From: Planctomycetales bacterium
GTDB lineage: Bacteria > 4484-113
DNA length: 64,000 nucleotides
Assembly: GCA_037441675.1 (NCBI GenBank)
Contig: JBBIRS010000001.1
Coordinates: 101,428 to 165,427, forward strand
Reading direction: 5' to 3'
The position numbers were made by a program, and so were the translations under genes. Positions 19,977 through 28,561 of this stretch are shown here, piece after piece. The notes beneath the pieces are model-generated. The model made no database searches. It was not told the origin of the DNA and was given only the letters and a program-made list of their open reading frames with translations. Numbering within the stretch: position 1 is the first letter of the stretch; each line of letters opens with the position of its first letter.

Positions 19977-20068
19977 ATGACTAAGTAGTTTTTTGAGAAG
20001 GGATGACGATATTCTAGTGCCGTCTCTTGGTAGAAGGATTTTGAGTATCGCCCCAATTTTCTTTGATT

Positions 20069-20428
20069 TTAATGTCTCTTCCCATTTCTCACCGTAAAAA
20101 AAAACAGATTTATCCTTCTTTGAGCCTGGCCAAAGGTTACAAGATCAAATATCTCAGCGGGAGAACAAAGATACAAACGGGAAAGCGCAAGTATCATCTT
20201 TCCAATGTGCACTACTGGTGACGTAGTCAATCTCAATCTTCCCACAATAGGCAATAGCCCATTCAAGTTGCCATTCGTAAGCTCGGCAATTATTCCCGCC
20301 ACTAGCTTCTCTCTGAATGGCACAATTACCAACTCTCCCTTATCGTAGGACTTATCTAACGGGACTCTATACGAGAAATAACGGAAACGCGGGTCTTGCC
20401 CAAGAAGATATATTTTCGCAATTCTCAT
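20069..20428 (-). CDS. priA: PriA N-terminal 3'-DNA-binding domain fragment (119 aa), out of frame with the 18303-19976 ORF
   Basis: YRVPLDKSYDKGELVIVPFREKLVAGII matches the PriA N-terminal domain; ends just after a T9 run; the downstream ORF continues in another frame. Confidence 0.6.
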   Translation of the reverse strand: MRIAKIYLLGQDPRFRYFSYRVPLDKSYDKGELVIVPFREKLVAGIIAELTNGNLNGLLPIVGRLRLTTSPVVHIGKMILALSRLYLCSPAEIFDLVTFGQAQRRINLFFFTVRNGKRH

Positions 20429-20515
20429 CTCTAAAATACCCTTGCGGGATTTTGCTCTTCAAATTGCTTATCCAGAAATTCTCTGCGTCAATTAATAGAA
20501 TAAAAGTCCTTCGAG

Positions 20516-21442
20516 TTAACTTTGTTGATTAGATTCTACTTCTTCTCCCACCTTAAATAGTTTTGCCTTTATCTCAAAACGTGGTAACTCCCGCTTGTAG
20601 AGCTCATTCAAATATTCAGCAATATGCTCATTTACAAGTTCCCCAAGAAGATACTCTCGTATATCCTCCTTCACCTCTTCCAATGTGTGATTCTCTGCGG
20701 GTAATTTCTTGTGGACAAAAACAATGTGGAATAGAGATCCTCTGATTATCTGAGAGTACTTGCCCTCTTCCAATGAAAATGCAACTAACTCTAAAGGAGC
20801 TGGCAACCCACGCCCTTTTCCGATAATCCCGACGTATCCACCCCTTGCGCGTAATTCCTCATCATCATTATAGATAGATGCAAGTTGATTAAAATCTTCA
20901 CCCTTTTCCAGCCTTCCCAATACCTCTTTAGCTCTTTCCTCGGTATCTACACTTATAATTGACATCTGCACTCGCTCGGGTAATTGGAACTGGTCAATGT
21001 TTTTTAGATAATACTTCTTAACATCGTCATCGCTGACCTTGAGATTCTTCTCCTTTATAAACTTGTCCTCAAGCAACCTTCTATACTTGCGGTTCATAAT
21101 GTTGTAATCCACAAACCTTTCCACCGCCGCAGCAGAATAAAGCTCCTTGAAACCGTCATAGATTTCTTGGGTCATTTCGTCCTTGATGAAATCTTGTCTT
21201 TCTTCTTGCGTAGGTGAAAGTCCAAGCTTTGCAGCTTCCTTGTAGACTACAATTTGCTGAAGAAATGTGACGAGACCCTGCGCACCGAGCATCTTCATAA
21301 AGAAAATGTCAAAATCCTCGAGCGTTATGGTTTCACCATTGTATACAGCTAAGGGGTTGCTGCTCTCTGCTTTTATGGGGTAGGAGCCAAGCAGAAGAGC
21401 ACAAATGCTTATCAAAATTGTTGCTATGGTTCTAGTTTTCAT
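20516..21442 (-). CDS. peptidyl-prolyl cis-trans isomerase with a PpiC/parvulin-type domain (SurA/PrsA-like), secreted
   Basis: Signal peptide MKTRTIATILISICALLLG; parvulin domain GGYVGIIGKGRGLPAPLELVAFSLEEGKYSQIIRGSLFHIVFV. Confidence 0.7.
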   Translation of the reverse strand: MKTRTIATILISICALLLGSYPIKAESSNPLAVYNGETITLEDFDIFFMKMLGAQGLVTFLQQIVVYKEAAKLGLSPTQEERQDFIKDEMTQEIYDGFKELYSAAAVERFVDYNIMNRKYRRLLEDKFIKEKNLKVSDDDVKKYYLKNIDQFQLPERVQMSIISVDTEERAKEVLGRLEKGEDFNQLASIYNDDEELRARGGYVGIIGKGRGLPAPLELVAFSLEEGKYSQIIRGSLFHIVFVHKKLPAENHTLEEVKEDIREYLLGELVNEHIAEYLNELYKRELPRFEIKAKLFKVGEEVESNQQS

Positions 21443-21447
21443 TAATG

Positions 21448-22689
21448 TTATTTCTCCCTTCTTAATCGTTTTACCATAGAGCATATTAAAGTTACCAATG
21501 CTTCCCCAATTTCCTCTTTACTATGATAGCCAAAAGGAATTACAGCACCATCTGTTGTAAGTAAGGCTGACTTCATAGAAGCCTCCCCGAAGGGACTTTG
21601 CCCTTCCTCTAAGGATACAGCAATTATTCCACTAAGATCTTTTTCCAAAAGTTTGTTCTTTGCAGAATTCAGCACATCTGAAGTGTCAAGTGATACACCA
21701 ATTCTGATTGATGGCATATTTATTTTTTTAAGTGATTGTAAAATATCATCGGTTCTTGTAAGAGAGAGCGAAAGCTTTTCGTGCTTATCCTTTTTTATCT
21801 TAGAATTTGAAATAGGTGAAGTATAATCCGCCACACCAGCTAGCATTACCAGCACATCATTTTCCTGAGCAGATTCTGTAACAACTTCATACATTTCTTT
21901 GGCGCTTGTAATTCGACGAAAGTTGTAGCCCCTTTGTTCTAACTCCCGATTAGGAATACTTGGACTCGCGACAAAGGTAACTTTTGCTCCTTGAAGGAAC
22001 AGCATATCCGCACATATTAGTGCCAAAGTTCCCGTTGATGAATTGGAAACGAACCGAACGGGGTCTATAAATTCGCGAGTTGCTCCTCCAGTGACAAGCA
22101 CATTCACGCCTGATAGTGGACCCTCGAGCAGGTTAAGCTGATTAAGTAAAACTTGTAAGATTTTTCTTGGTTCTGCAAGTCTTCCAGGTCCCACCTCGCC
22201 ACATGCTAGGTATCCAGTTCCCGGTTCAACCATAATCATTCCTCTTTGCTGTAACTTTGTGACATTTTCTTGTGTTACCGGATTTTCCCACATTGCACTG
22301 TTCATTGTAGGTGCGAAAACAATTGGACCGCGAAAGGCAAGAGCAGTTGAAGTCAATAGATTATCAGCAATTCCATGTGCAAGTTTAGCGATTGTATTTA
22401 CGGTTGCGGGAGCAATCAAAAATATTTCAGACCCTCTCGCCTCTTGTATATGATACATGGAGCCCGAATCGTAGTCGTCTGGCATTTTATAGTCTGCAAA
22501 TTCATCAACAAGTACTCTATTACCCGTTAGAGCGGTGAAAGTTAAGGGGCTTATGAATTTAGTCGCATTTGGCGTCATTATTATATGCACGTCAAGTCCA
22601 TTTTCTACGAGTTCTCTTGCAACCTCGCAGATTTTGTAGACTGCTATACCCCCACTTACTCCTATCAGAACTCTTCTACTCTTCCTCAA
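21448..22689 (-). CDS. coaBC: bifunctional phosphopantothenoylcysteine decarboxylase / phosphopantothenate-cysteine ligase; likely TTG start at 22689 preceded by AGGAAGGAG, while the longest ORF runs to 22773
   Basis: Flavoprotein N-domain VLIGVSGGIAVYK; CoaB domain with GGATREFIDPVRFVSNSSTG. Confidence 0.85.
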   Translation of the reverse strand: MRKSRRVLIGVSGGIAVYKICEVARELVENGLDVHIIMTPNATKFISPLTFTALTGNRVLVDEFADYKMPDDYDSGSMYHIQEARGSEIFLIAPATVNTIAKLAHGIADNLLTSTALAFRGPIVFAPTMNSAMWENPVTQENVTKLQQRGMIMVEPGTGYLACGEVGPGRLAEPRKILQVLLNQLNLLEGPLSGVNVLVTGGATREFIDPVRFVSNSSTGTLALICADMLFLQGAKVTFVASPSIPNRELEQRGYNFRRITSAKEMYEVVTESAQENDVLVMLAGVADYTSPISNSKIKKDKHEKLSLSLTRTDDILQSLKKINMPSIRIGVSLDTSDVLNSAKNKLLEKDLSGIIAVSLEEGQSPFGEASMKSALLTTDGAVIPFGYHSKEEIGEALVTLICSMVKRLRREK

Positions 22690-23122
22690 GTTCTCCTTCC
22701 TCAAAGAACTCACCCTCTTCCTCAGAAGAAGCGTCCTGTTCAACCACGATTTCCTCCGAAGGGACAAATTCAAACTCAGTCTTTGCAGTGCCTTTTGTAG
22801 TTAGATGAATGTTTTCGCCTCCCTTCCTAAAGCCTTCCAAATACTCAAAAAAGTAAAGTTTTTCTCTTTCCAGTTTACTCTCTGCGATTTCATAGAGTGC
22901 TTGTGTGAGTGGCTTTAAGGTAGATTTCTGTTCATTACTTTCTTCATCAAGCCCAGTTTCTGACATCTGCAACCTTCTTGATTTATACACGATTTGTTTC
23001 GCTCGCAAAGCCGCCAGTAAAACTAACTCATACTTATTCGGTACATGCTTTAGCAAGTCATCCATAAGTGGATATAAAAGAGTTTCCTTTTCCTCCATTC
23101 CTTTGGTTTCATGTTTGTTCAT
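22676..23122 (-). CDS. rpoZ: DNA-directed RNA polymerase subunit omega with an extended acidic C-terminal tail
   Basis: LLKHVPNKYELVLLAALRAKQI core; ATGA overlap with the gmk stop; C-terminal SSEEEGEFFEEGELEEE. Confidence 0.8.
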   Translation of the reverse strand: MNKHETKGMEEKETLLYPLMDDLLKHVPNKYELVLLAALRAKQIVYKSRRLQMSETGLDEESNEQKSTLKPLTQALYEIAESKLEREKLYFFEYLEGFRKGGENIHLTTKGTAKTEFEFVPSEEIVVEQDASSEEEGEFFEEGELEEE

Positions 23123-23733
23123 ATATTAAATTCCTCCGTTTCCTTTATTAAACAGTCTATATGATCTTGAACAATATCAGACTTAAACCTCTGGGCAGAT
23201 ATTATTACATCTAGATACTTTACAGCAGTCTTTAAGTCATCATTTATAATGCAATAATCCAAATTAGCCAATCTGTGTATTTCTTCTCCAACCATTTTCC
23301 ATCTCGTCATAGTATCTTCCGGCGTATCAGTTCCACGTTCCTTTAAGCGTTCAAGCATTACTTTTATGCTAGGTGGTAGTATAGCTACCGCGGTGAACTG
23401 AGGGAATTTTTCCTTTAGGTTCAAGGCTCCCTTTGAGTCCAGCTCAAATATTACTGTTTGAGTTGAGTTTTTCTTACTTTCCACGATGCTACGGGGTGTT
23501 CCATAATAATTCCCATAAACCTCTTCCCACTCTATGAAAAAGTGCTCCTTAATCTTTTTTTCAAACTCCTCTTTAGAGATAAAGGTATAGTCCGCACCAT
23601 CCACTTCGCCCGCCCTCTTACTTCGCGTAGTGTGGCTAACGGAAAAAATGAACTCAGGATGAAGAGCCAACAATTCGCGGATTATTGTGGACTTTCCTAC
23701 TCCCGAGCAACCTGAAACAATTATTCCAATCAT
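23119..23733 (-). CDS. gmk: guanylate kinase
   Basis: P-loop GCSGVGKST; SVSHTTRSKRAGEVDGADYTF. Confidence 0.9.
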   Translation of the reverse strand: MIGIIVSGCSGVGKSTIIRELLALHPEFIFSVSHTTRSKRAGEVDGADYTFISKEEFEKKIKEHFFIEWEEVYGNYYGTPRSIVESKKNSTQTVIFELDSKGALNLKEKFPQFTAVAILPPSIKVMLERLKERGTDTPEDTMTRWKMVGEEIHRLANLDYCIINDDLKTAVKYLDVIISAQRFKSDIVQDHIDCLIKETEEFNI

Positions 23734-23823
23734 GCCTAATATCTTCTCTTAATATTAAAATTAAAAATTCTTCTCAGCAAACGGCTATTCCACTACTCCC
23801 ACCATCTTATTAAAACATCTGAT

Positions 23824-24678
23824 CTAAGCTTTCTCATTAACCCTAGCAGCAATTACGTCAGTAGCATTTGCTATCATTCCTTTACAAAATATCTCTTCAA
23901 TAACTTTATACATGTACTCTTCTAATTCGGCGCGTTCAGAGGATGATAGCTCAACAGTCCTAGCTTCCGAAGATGGGAGATTCACTCTTATCCTTACTCT
24001 TGCCGGATTACTGAAAAAGTCAACGCAAATAGTATTTCTTCCACTAATTGGAACATTATCCTTATACACAATAATATACTGAACATCAGTCTGGAAAGGC
24101 AAAAACTTTAAATCTACAATTTTCTCGTAGGTAAACGCCCCGGATGTGTGGTCAATACTTTTCCTATCCTCACCAAAGCGGAATCTTTCGCCCTCTATTT
24201 GTAAGTCAGTAGTGCCTGCTCTACTCCATATAGATCTAAAAAACCTAATTGCCGTCTCGGCATCAATAGTTCTAGTAGTCCTTTGGATGCTAATCCAAAG
24301 TATAGCGTCAAGTGCTTGCTGTAATAGGTCAAAATCAATACCCCTTATGTACATGTGATGGAATGTCTGCATTCTAAACGCTGAAGGGAAGCTTGCTCTA
24401 TCAAAATCCCATCTTAACCTTTGATAAACCTTCATTAATTGCTTTTCCTTTGGATGCAGTGCAAATCTGGCTAATCTGTGCTCTGTATATCTTGCAACTT
24501 CGGTGCTGTCTTTCATCATTTCGGGCGTGTCACCAAGATTGGTAACTAGGGGATACAGCCGAAAATATAAGTTTTCCTCTCTTATCATTCTATGTGCCAA
24601 AATGATTTGGCGAAAGAAATCCATTAAACTAACGCCTAAATTATTAATTATAGCCTTAGGAAGTAGGACTGTTAGCAT
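23824..24678 (-). CDS. hypothetical protein (284 aa) sitting where Firmicutes carry yicC/remA upstream of gmk
   Basis: Long ORF with sensible codon usage; no motif I can recognise; it does not match YicC signatures. Confidence 0.4.
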   Translation of the reverse strand: MLTVLLPKAIINNLGVSLMDFFRQIILAHRMIREENLYFRLYPLVTNLGDTPEMMKDSTEVARYTEHRLARFALHPKEKQLMKVYQRLRWDFDRASFPSAFRMQTFHHMYIRGIDFDLLQQALDAILWISIQRTTRTIDAETAIRFFRSIWSRAGTTDLQIEGERFRFGEDRKSIDHTSGAFTYEKIVDLKFLPFQTDVQYIIVYKDNVPISGRNTICVDFFSNPARVRIRVNLPSSEARTVELSSSERAELEEYMYKVIEEIFCKGMIANATDVIAARVNEKA

Positions 24679-24852
24679 TGGTTATTATTAAAGATTGAAC
24701 CTTTATTATACTGAATATTTAATTAGCCATTCAAATATTTTTTCTGCCCCAAATATTACTCTTGAGATAACAGATAATTGCTCACTTAGATTTTTAATCA
24801 TTTAAGGTCATTGTTAAGGGAGTTAAAAAGATGATGTTAGAATGTAACCACT

Positions 24853-25491
24853 ATGAAGCGTGAAAGTAGAATCAAACCAAACCTGAGAGATGGCCGTGCA
24901 TTTGCCTATCTTGTAGGTCTGCAGGAGTATCTCTTGTCCGAGAAGGGTTGTCCTTGGGATAGGGAACAAGACCTTAAAAGCCTAAGGCATTACGTAATGC
25001 AAGAAGCCGAGGAAGTTGTCAGCGCCATAGATAATCTTCTAATTCTTGAGAAGAAGCTTAAAAGGGCTCTTTCCCTGGAATCTGCGCAGCAGATTGTTCG
25101 TGAGCATCATAAGGCAAGTGGGGGTAAGTTTTCCATAACCCGGAGGAGTAAGTTAAAGGAGCCTTCCAATAATTATTCAGCTTTAGAAAGAAATCTCAAT
25201 AAAACTACGCGAGAGCTTTTGAATAGATGGCAAGAAGCCAGGGATGCGCTAAAAGAGGAAATAGGCGATCTCCTAATGCAGCCCATTTTTGAAAGCAAGG
25301 TGGCGGAGAAGCTAGGTTATTTCTCCCTTTGTGATGTCATCAACTCACTCTACGAGAAGCTAATACGTCGGCATCCCCACGTTTTTCATGAAATAAAAGC
25401 CAAAACATCCAAAGAAGTTCTAAAAAAATGGCGCGAAATCAAGAAAGAAGAGAAAAAGAATCGACGAGATTACCTGTCACCATTGGGGTAA
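24853..25491 (+). CDS. MazG-family nucleoside triphosphate pyrophosphohydrolase
   Basis: GCPWDREQDLKSLRHYVMQEAEEVVSAID and EEIGDLLMQ...KLIRRHPHVF. Confidence 0.75.
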   Translation: MKRESRIKPNLRDGRAFAYLVGLQEYLLSEKGCPWDREQDLKSLRHYVMQEAEEVVSAIDNLLILEKKLKRALSLESAQQIVREHHKASGGKFSITRRSKLKEPSNNYSALERNLNKTTRELLNRWQEARDALKEEIGDLLMQPIFESKVAEKLGYFSLCDVINSLYEKLIRRHPHVFHEIKAKTSKEVLKKWREIKKEEKKNRRDYLSPLG

Positions 25492-25545
25492 ATACTTGTT
25501 TAGTTGATATGTATAACTCGTAAGGCATTTCAGCTAAGCTTAGCG

Positions 25546-26616
25546 TTACTTTTCATCTCCAAACAGGTTAGCTTCGCCCTTAAACGACGTTGAAGAGAAT
25601 TTTGCTTGCGTCTTGAAGTATTCATAAGCTTTTCTTGTAGCTACCCTTCCTCTGGGTGTCTTCTCTAGGTATCCTTCCTTTAGCAGATAAGGTTCGTAAA
25701 CGTCTTCAATGGTGTCTCTCTCTTCGTTGAGGACCGCAGAGATGCTATCAATACCCACAGGTCCACCTTGAAAATTATTGAGAACCGCCAAAAGAACGCG
25801 ACGATCCATCTCGTCCAATCCATCTTCGGAGATACCTAGCTGATTTAGGGCTTTCTCCGCAACCTCAGGAGTGATACTTTCAAATCCGGCGACCGTTGCA
25901 TAATCCCATACGCGTTTTAACAATCTAAGGGCAACCCGAGGTGTCCCCCGTGCTCTTTTGGCAATAGCTATGATACTTGAGGGCTCAATAGAAATCCTGC
26001 TCTCCCCAATCTTTCTTTCAAGTATCTGTACAATTTCTGCTTCATCATAGAAGTTTAGGTGAAAAACTGCGCCGAACCTATCTCTTAGTGGTGCGGTCAA
26101 AAGTCCGCTTCTAGTAGTCGCTCCTATGAGTGTGAATTTACATAGATTTAGTGGGATGATTCGGGCTCCAGGTCCTTTCCCAATTACGACGTCCACTCGG
26201 AAATCCTCCATTGCGCTATATAGGGTTTCCTCTACAGGCCTACTAAGGCGATGTATTTCATCGATAAACAAAACTTGCTTCTCCTTCAAGCTAGTAAGGA
26301 TTGCAACCAAGTCGCCCGCACGCTCAAGTAGTGGACCAGTTGTAACGCTTATGGGAACAGACATTTCGTTTGCCAAGATATGAGCCAAAGTGGTCTTCCC
26401 AAGACCAGGAGGACCAGAAAATAGAATATGCTCTAGAGAAGTGCCTCTCTTTTTAGCCGCCTCAAGCATTATTCGGACGTTTGAGACGACGCGCTTTTGC
26501 CCAACGAAATCCTCAATTCTCGCGGGTCTTGCGGTGCTTAATGCATCTGCCTCTTCTTTATTTGGCGAAACTAACCTCTCCTTCGTTGGCGTGCTTTTAC
26601 CACTATCCTTTGCCAT
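25546..26616 (-). CDS. ruvB: Holliday junction branch migration ATPase RuvB
   Basis: LRPARIEDFVGQ..., Walker A GPPGLGKTTLA, sensor and C-terminal winged-helix regions. Confidence 0.92.
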   Translation of the reverse strand: MAKDSGKSTPTKERLVSPNKEEADALSTARPARIEDFVGQKRVVSNVRIMLEAAKKRGTSLEHILFSGPPGLGKTTLAHILANEMSVPISVTTGPLLERAGDLVAILTSLKEKQVLFIDEIHRLSRPVEETLYSAMEDFRVDVVIGKGPGARIIPLNLCKFTLIGATTRSGLLTAPLRDRFGAVFHLNFYDEAEIVQILERKIGESRISIEPSSIIAIAKRARGTPRVALRLLKRVWDYATVAGFESITPEVAEKALNQLGISEDGLDEMDRRVLLAVLNNFQGGPVGIDSISAVLNEERDTIEDVYEPYLLKEGYLEKTPRGRVATRKAYEYFKTQAKFSSTSFKGEANLFGDEK

Positions 26617-26686
26617 GCAATTAGTTTAACATATGCTAAGTGTTTTGCGGTTTGCTCAAACGCAACTCACCGTGTTTGACTTAGAC

Positions 26687-27196
26687 CTACCCCATTACCT
26701 CAACTCTGCTAGTACTTTCTCTTTCCTCTACCTTTGGCTTATAAAGCTCCACCACCGATCTATCCTTTATGGTGATTCCGTTTAAGTGGTCTATCTCATG
26801 CTGGACAATCCTTGCGGAAAGCCCGTCAAGGACGGCTACATTCTCTTTAAGGGAAGTATCACAGTATTTCACTTTAATCTTAGTCGCACGTGGTATAAGT
26901 CCAACTAATCCTCTGAAGGATAGGCATCCTTCCTCTCCCAACTCCTCTCCTTCTGAAGCAACAATTGTAGGATTGATGTAAACCTCTAGTTGTTCACGTT
27001 CAAGATTGAAGGCAAGCATAACCCTGTACGGAGCTCCAATCTGCGGAGCTGCCAATCCGACACCCTTTTCAGCTTCAACGGTATCTTTCATATCCTGAAT
27101 CAAAGCTGGCAGGTCAATTAATTCCTTCTTTCCAACCCTCTTGACTGGCTTCATAAGAATTTTGGCTGGGTACTGGATAACGTTTCTAACTGCCAT
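26687..27196 (-). CDS. def: peptide deformylase
   Basis: GVGLAAPQIG, EGCLSF and HEIDHLNG motifs. Confidence 0.92.
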   Translation of the reverse strand: MAVRNVIQYPAKILMKPVKRVGKKELIDLPALIQDMKDTVEAEKGVGLAAPQIGAPYRVMLAFNLEREQLEVYINPTIVASEGEELGEEGCLSFRGLVGLIPRATKIKVKYCDTSLKENVAVLDGLSARIVQHEIDHLNGITIKDRSVVELYKPKVEERESTSRVEVMG

Positions 27197-27349
27197 TTTG
27201 GTATCCTAAAAAGGTTATCCCAGTATAATACCTTTAGAATTGGTTATATTTTCCAATTTATTACTATAACCTCTTGCAAACGTATTTATGCAAAATTAAG
27301 ATAAGCTTATTTAAGAGCAAATTTTTATTATAAGGGAGTGCAGTGAGAA

Positions 27350-28543
27350 ATGGTTTCAAATTCTTCATTGATAAGTGGAATCTCTGTGGAAGTCAGGAAG
27401 ATTTATGATGATGTGGTCAAATATCGTCGTTACTTTCATAAAAACCCCGAGCTATCGCTCAAAGAATTCGAAACAGCAAGTTTCATAGAGAAAGAACTCA
27501 AACGGATGGGATATTCTCCAAAGAGACTTATTGGGACTGATGTTGTAGCGGTTTTAGATTCTAGGAAAAGCGGGCCGACAATTATGCTTCGGGCGGATAT
27601 GGATGCGCTTCCAGTAGTTGAAGAAAATTCACACAGTTTTGTAAGTTGCTCCAGAGGTGTAATGCACGCCTGTGGACATGACGCTCATATGGCAATGCTT
27701 CTTGGGCTTGCCTCATACTTTAGGAAAAATGGGATTCCCCGCGGTAAGATTAAGTTCTGTTTTCAACCAGGGGAGGAGGGAGCTGATGGTGCAGGAAAGA
27801 TGGTTGAGGCGGGGGTGCTCAATTCTCCAAAGGTTAATTTCGCATTCGGAATGCATGTCTGGTCTCCTTTACCAGTTGGTGAAGTAGCTGTTCTATCCGG
27901 TCCCTGTATGGCAGCAGTAGATGAGTTCGAAGTGACAGTTCTCGGAAGCGGAGGTCATGCCGCATATCCACAGACTGCAGTTGACCCCGTCTTCGTCAGT
28001 TCAATGATCATTCAATCACTTCAAGGTATAGTTTCTAGAAATGTAAACCCACTCCAGCCAGCTGTCTTAACCGTTAGCTCCATTCAAGCAGGTAATGCCT
28101 TTAATGTGATACCTAGTCAAGCAGTTCTAAAAGGCACTGTTAGAACCTTTCAGAAAGAAACCCGGAAACTTATTAAGAGAAGGTTCAAGGAGATTGTAGA
28201 AGGGGTAGCAAAGGCTCACAACTGCACAGCCAAAATCTCATATTTTGACAAGGTGCCGGCAACCATTAATCATCCAGAAATGTCCGATTTTGTTAGGAAA
28301 ATTGCGGCTAAACTATTTGGTTCTAAAAATCTTAGGGATGTTGAGCCGACTATGGGTGGGGAGGATTTTTCCCGTTATGCTGAAAAAGTTCCAGCTGTTT
28401 TCGCCTGGATAGGAGCAGGAAATGAAAAGTTGGGTGCAAAGTATCCTCATCACCACCCCAAATTTAACATTGATGAAATTTCGATGCTTATCGGTATGGA
28501 ACTTGGCAAAGAAGTTGCTTTGACTTATCTTGAGACTCATTGA
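27350..28543 (+). CDS. M20D-family amidohydrolase (N-acyl-amino acid / hippurate hydrolase-like)
   Basis: YRRYFHKNPELS, RADMDALPV and MHACGHDAHMAML metal-binding motifs. Confidence 0.8.
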   Translation: MVSNSSLISGISVEVRKIYDDVVKYRRYFHKNPELSLKEFETASFIEKELKRMGYSPKRLIGTDVVAVLDSRKSGPTIMLRADMDALPVVEENSHSFVSCSRGVMHACGHDAHMAMLLGLASYFRKNGIPRGKIKFCFQPGEEGADGAGKMVEAGVLNSPKVNFAFGMHVWSPLPVGEVAVLSGPCMAAVDEFEVTVLGSGGHAAYPQTAVDPVFVSSMIIQSLQGIVSRNVNPLQPAVLTVSSIQAGNAFNVIPSQAVLKGTVRTFQKETRKLIKRRFKEIVEGVAKAHNCTAKISYFDKVPATINHPEMSDFVRKIAAKLFGSKNLRDVEPTMGGEDFSRYAEKVPAVFAWIGAGNEKLGAKYPHHHPKFNIDEISMLIGMELGKEVALTYLETH

Positions 28544-28561
28544 GGAGTTACCTTTTCAGGT

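Noticed and set aside
25533-25544. Perfect 12-nt palindrome GCTAAGCTTAGC between mazG and ruvB
   Set aside because: It is too short, with no loop or T-tract, to be a terminator. It probably reflects a chance HindIII-containing palindrome.
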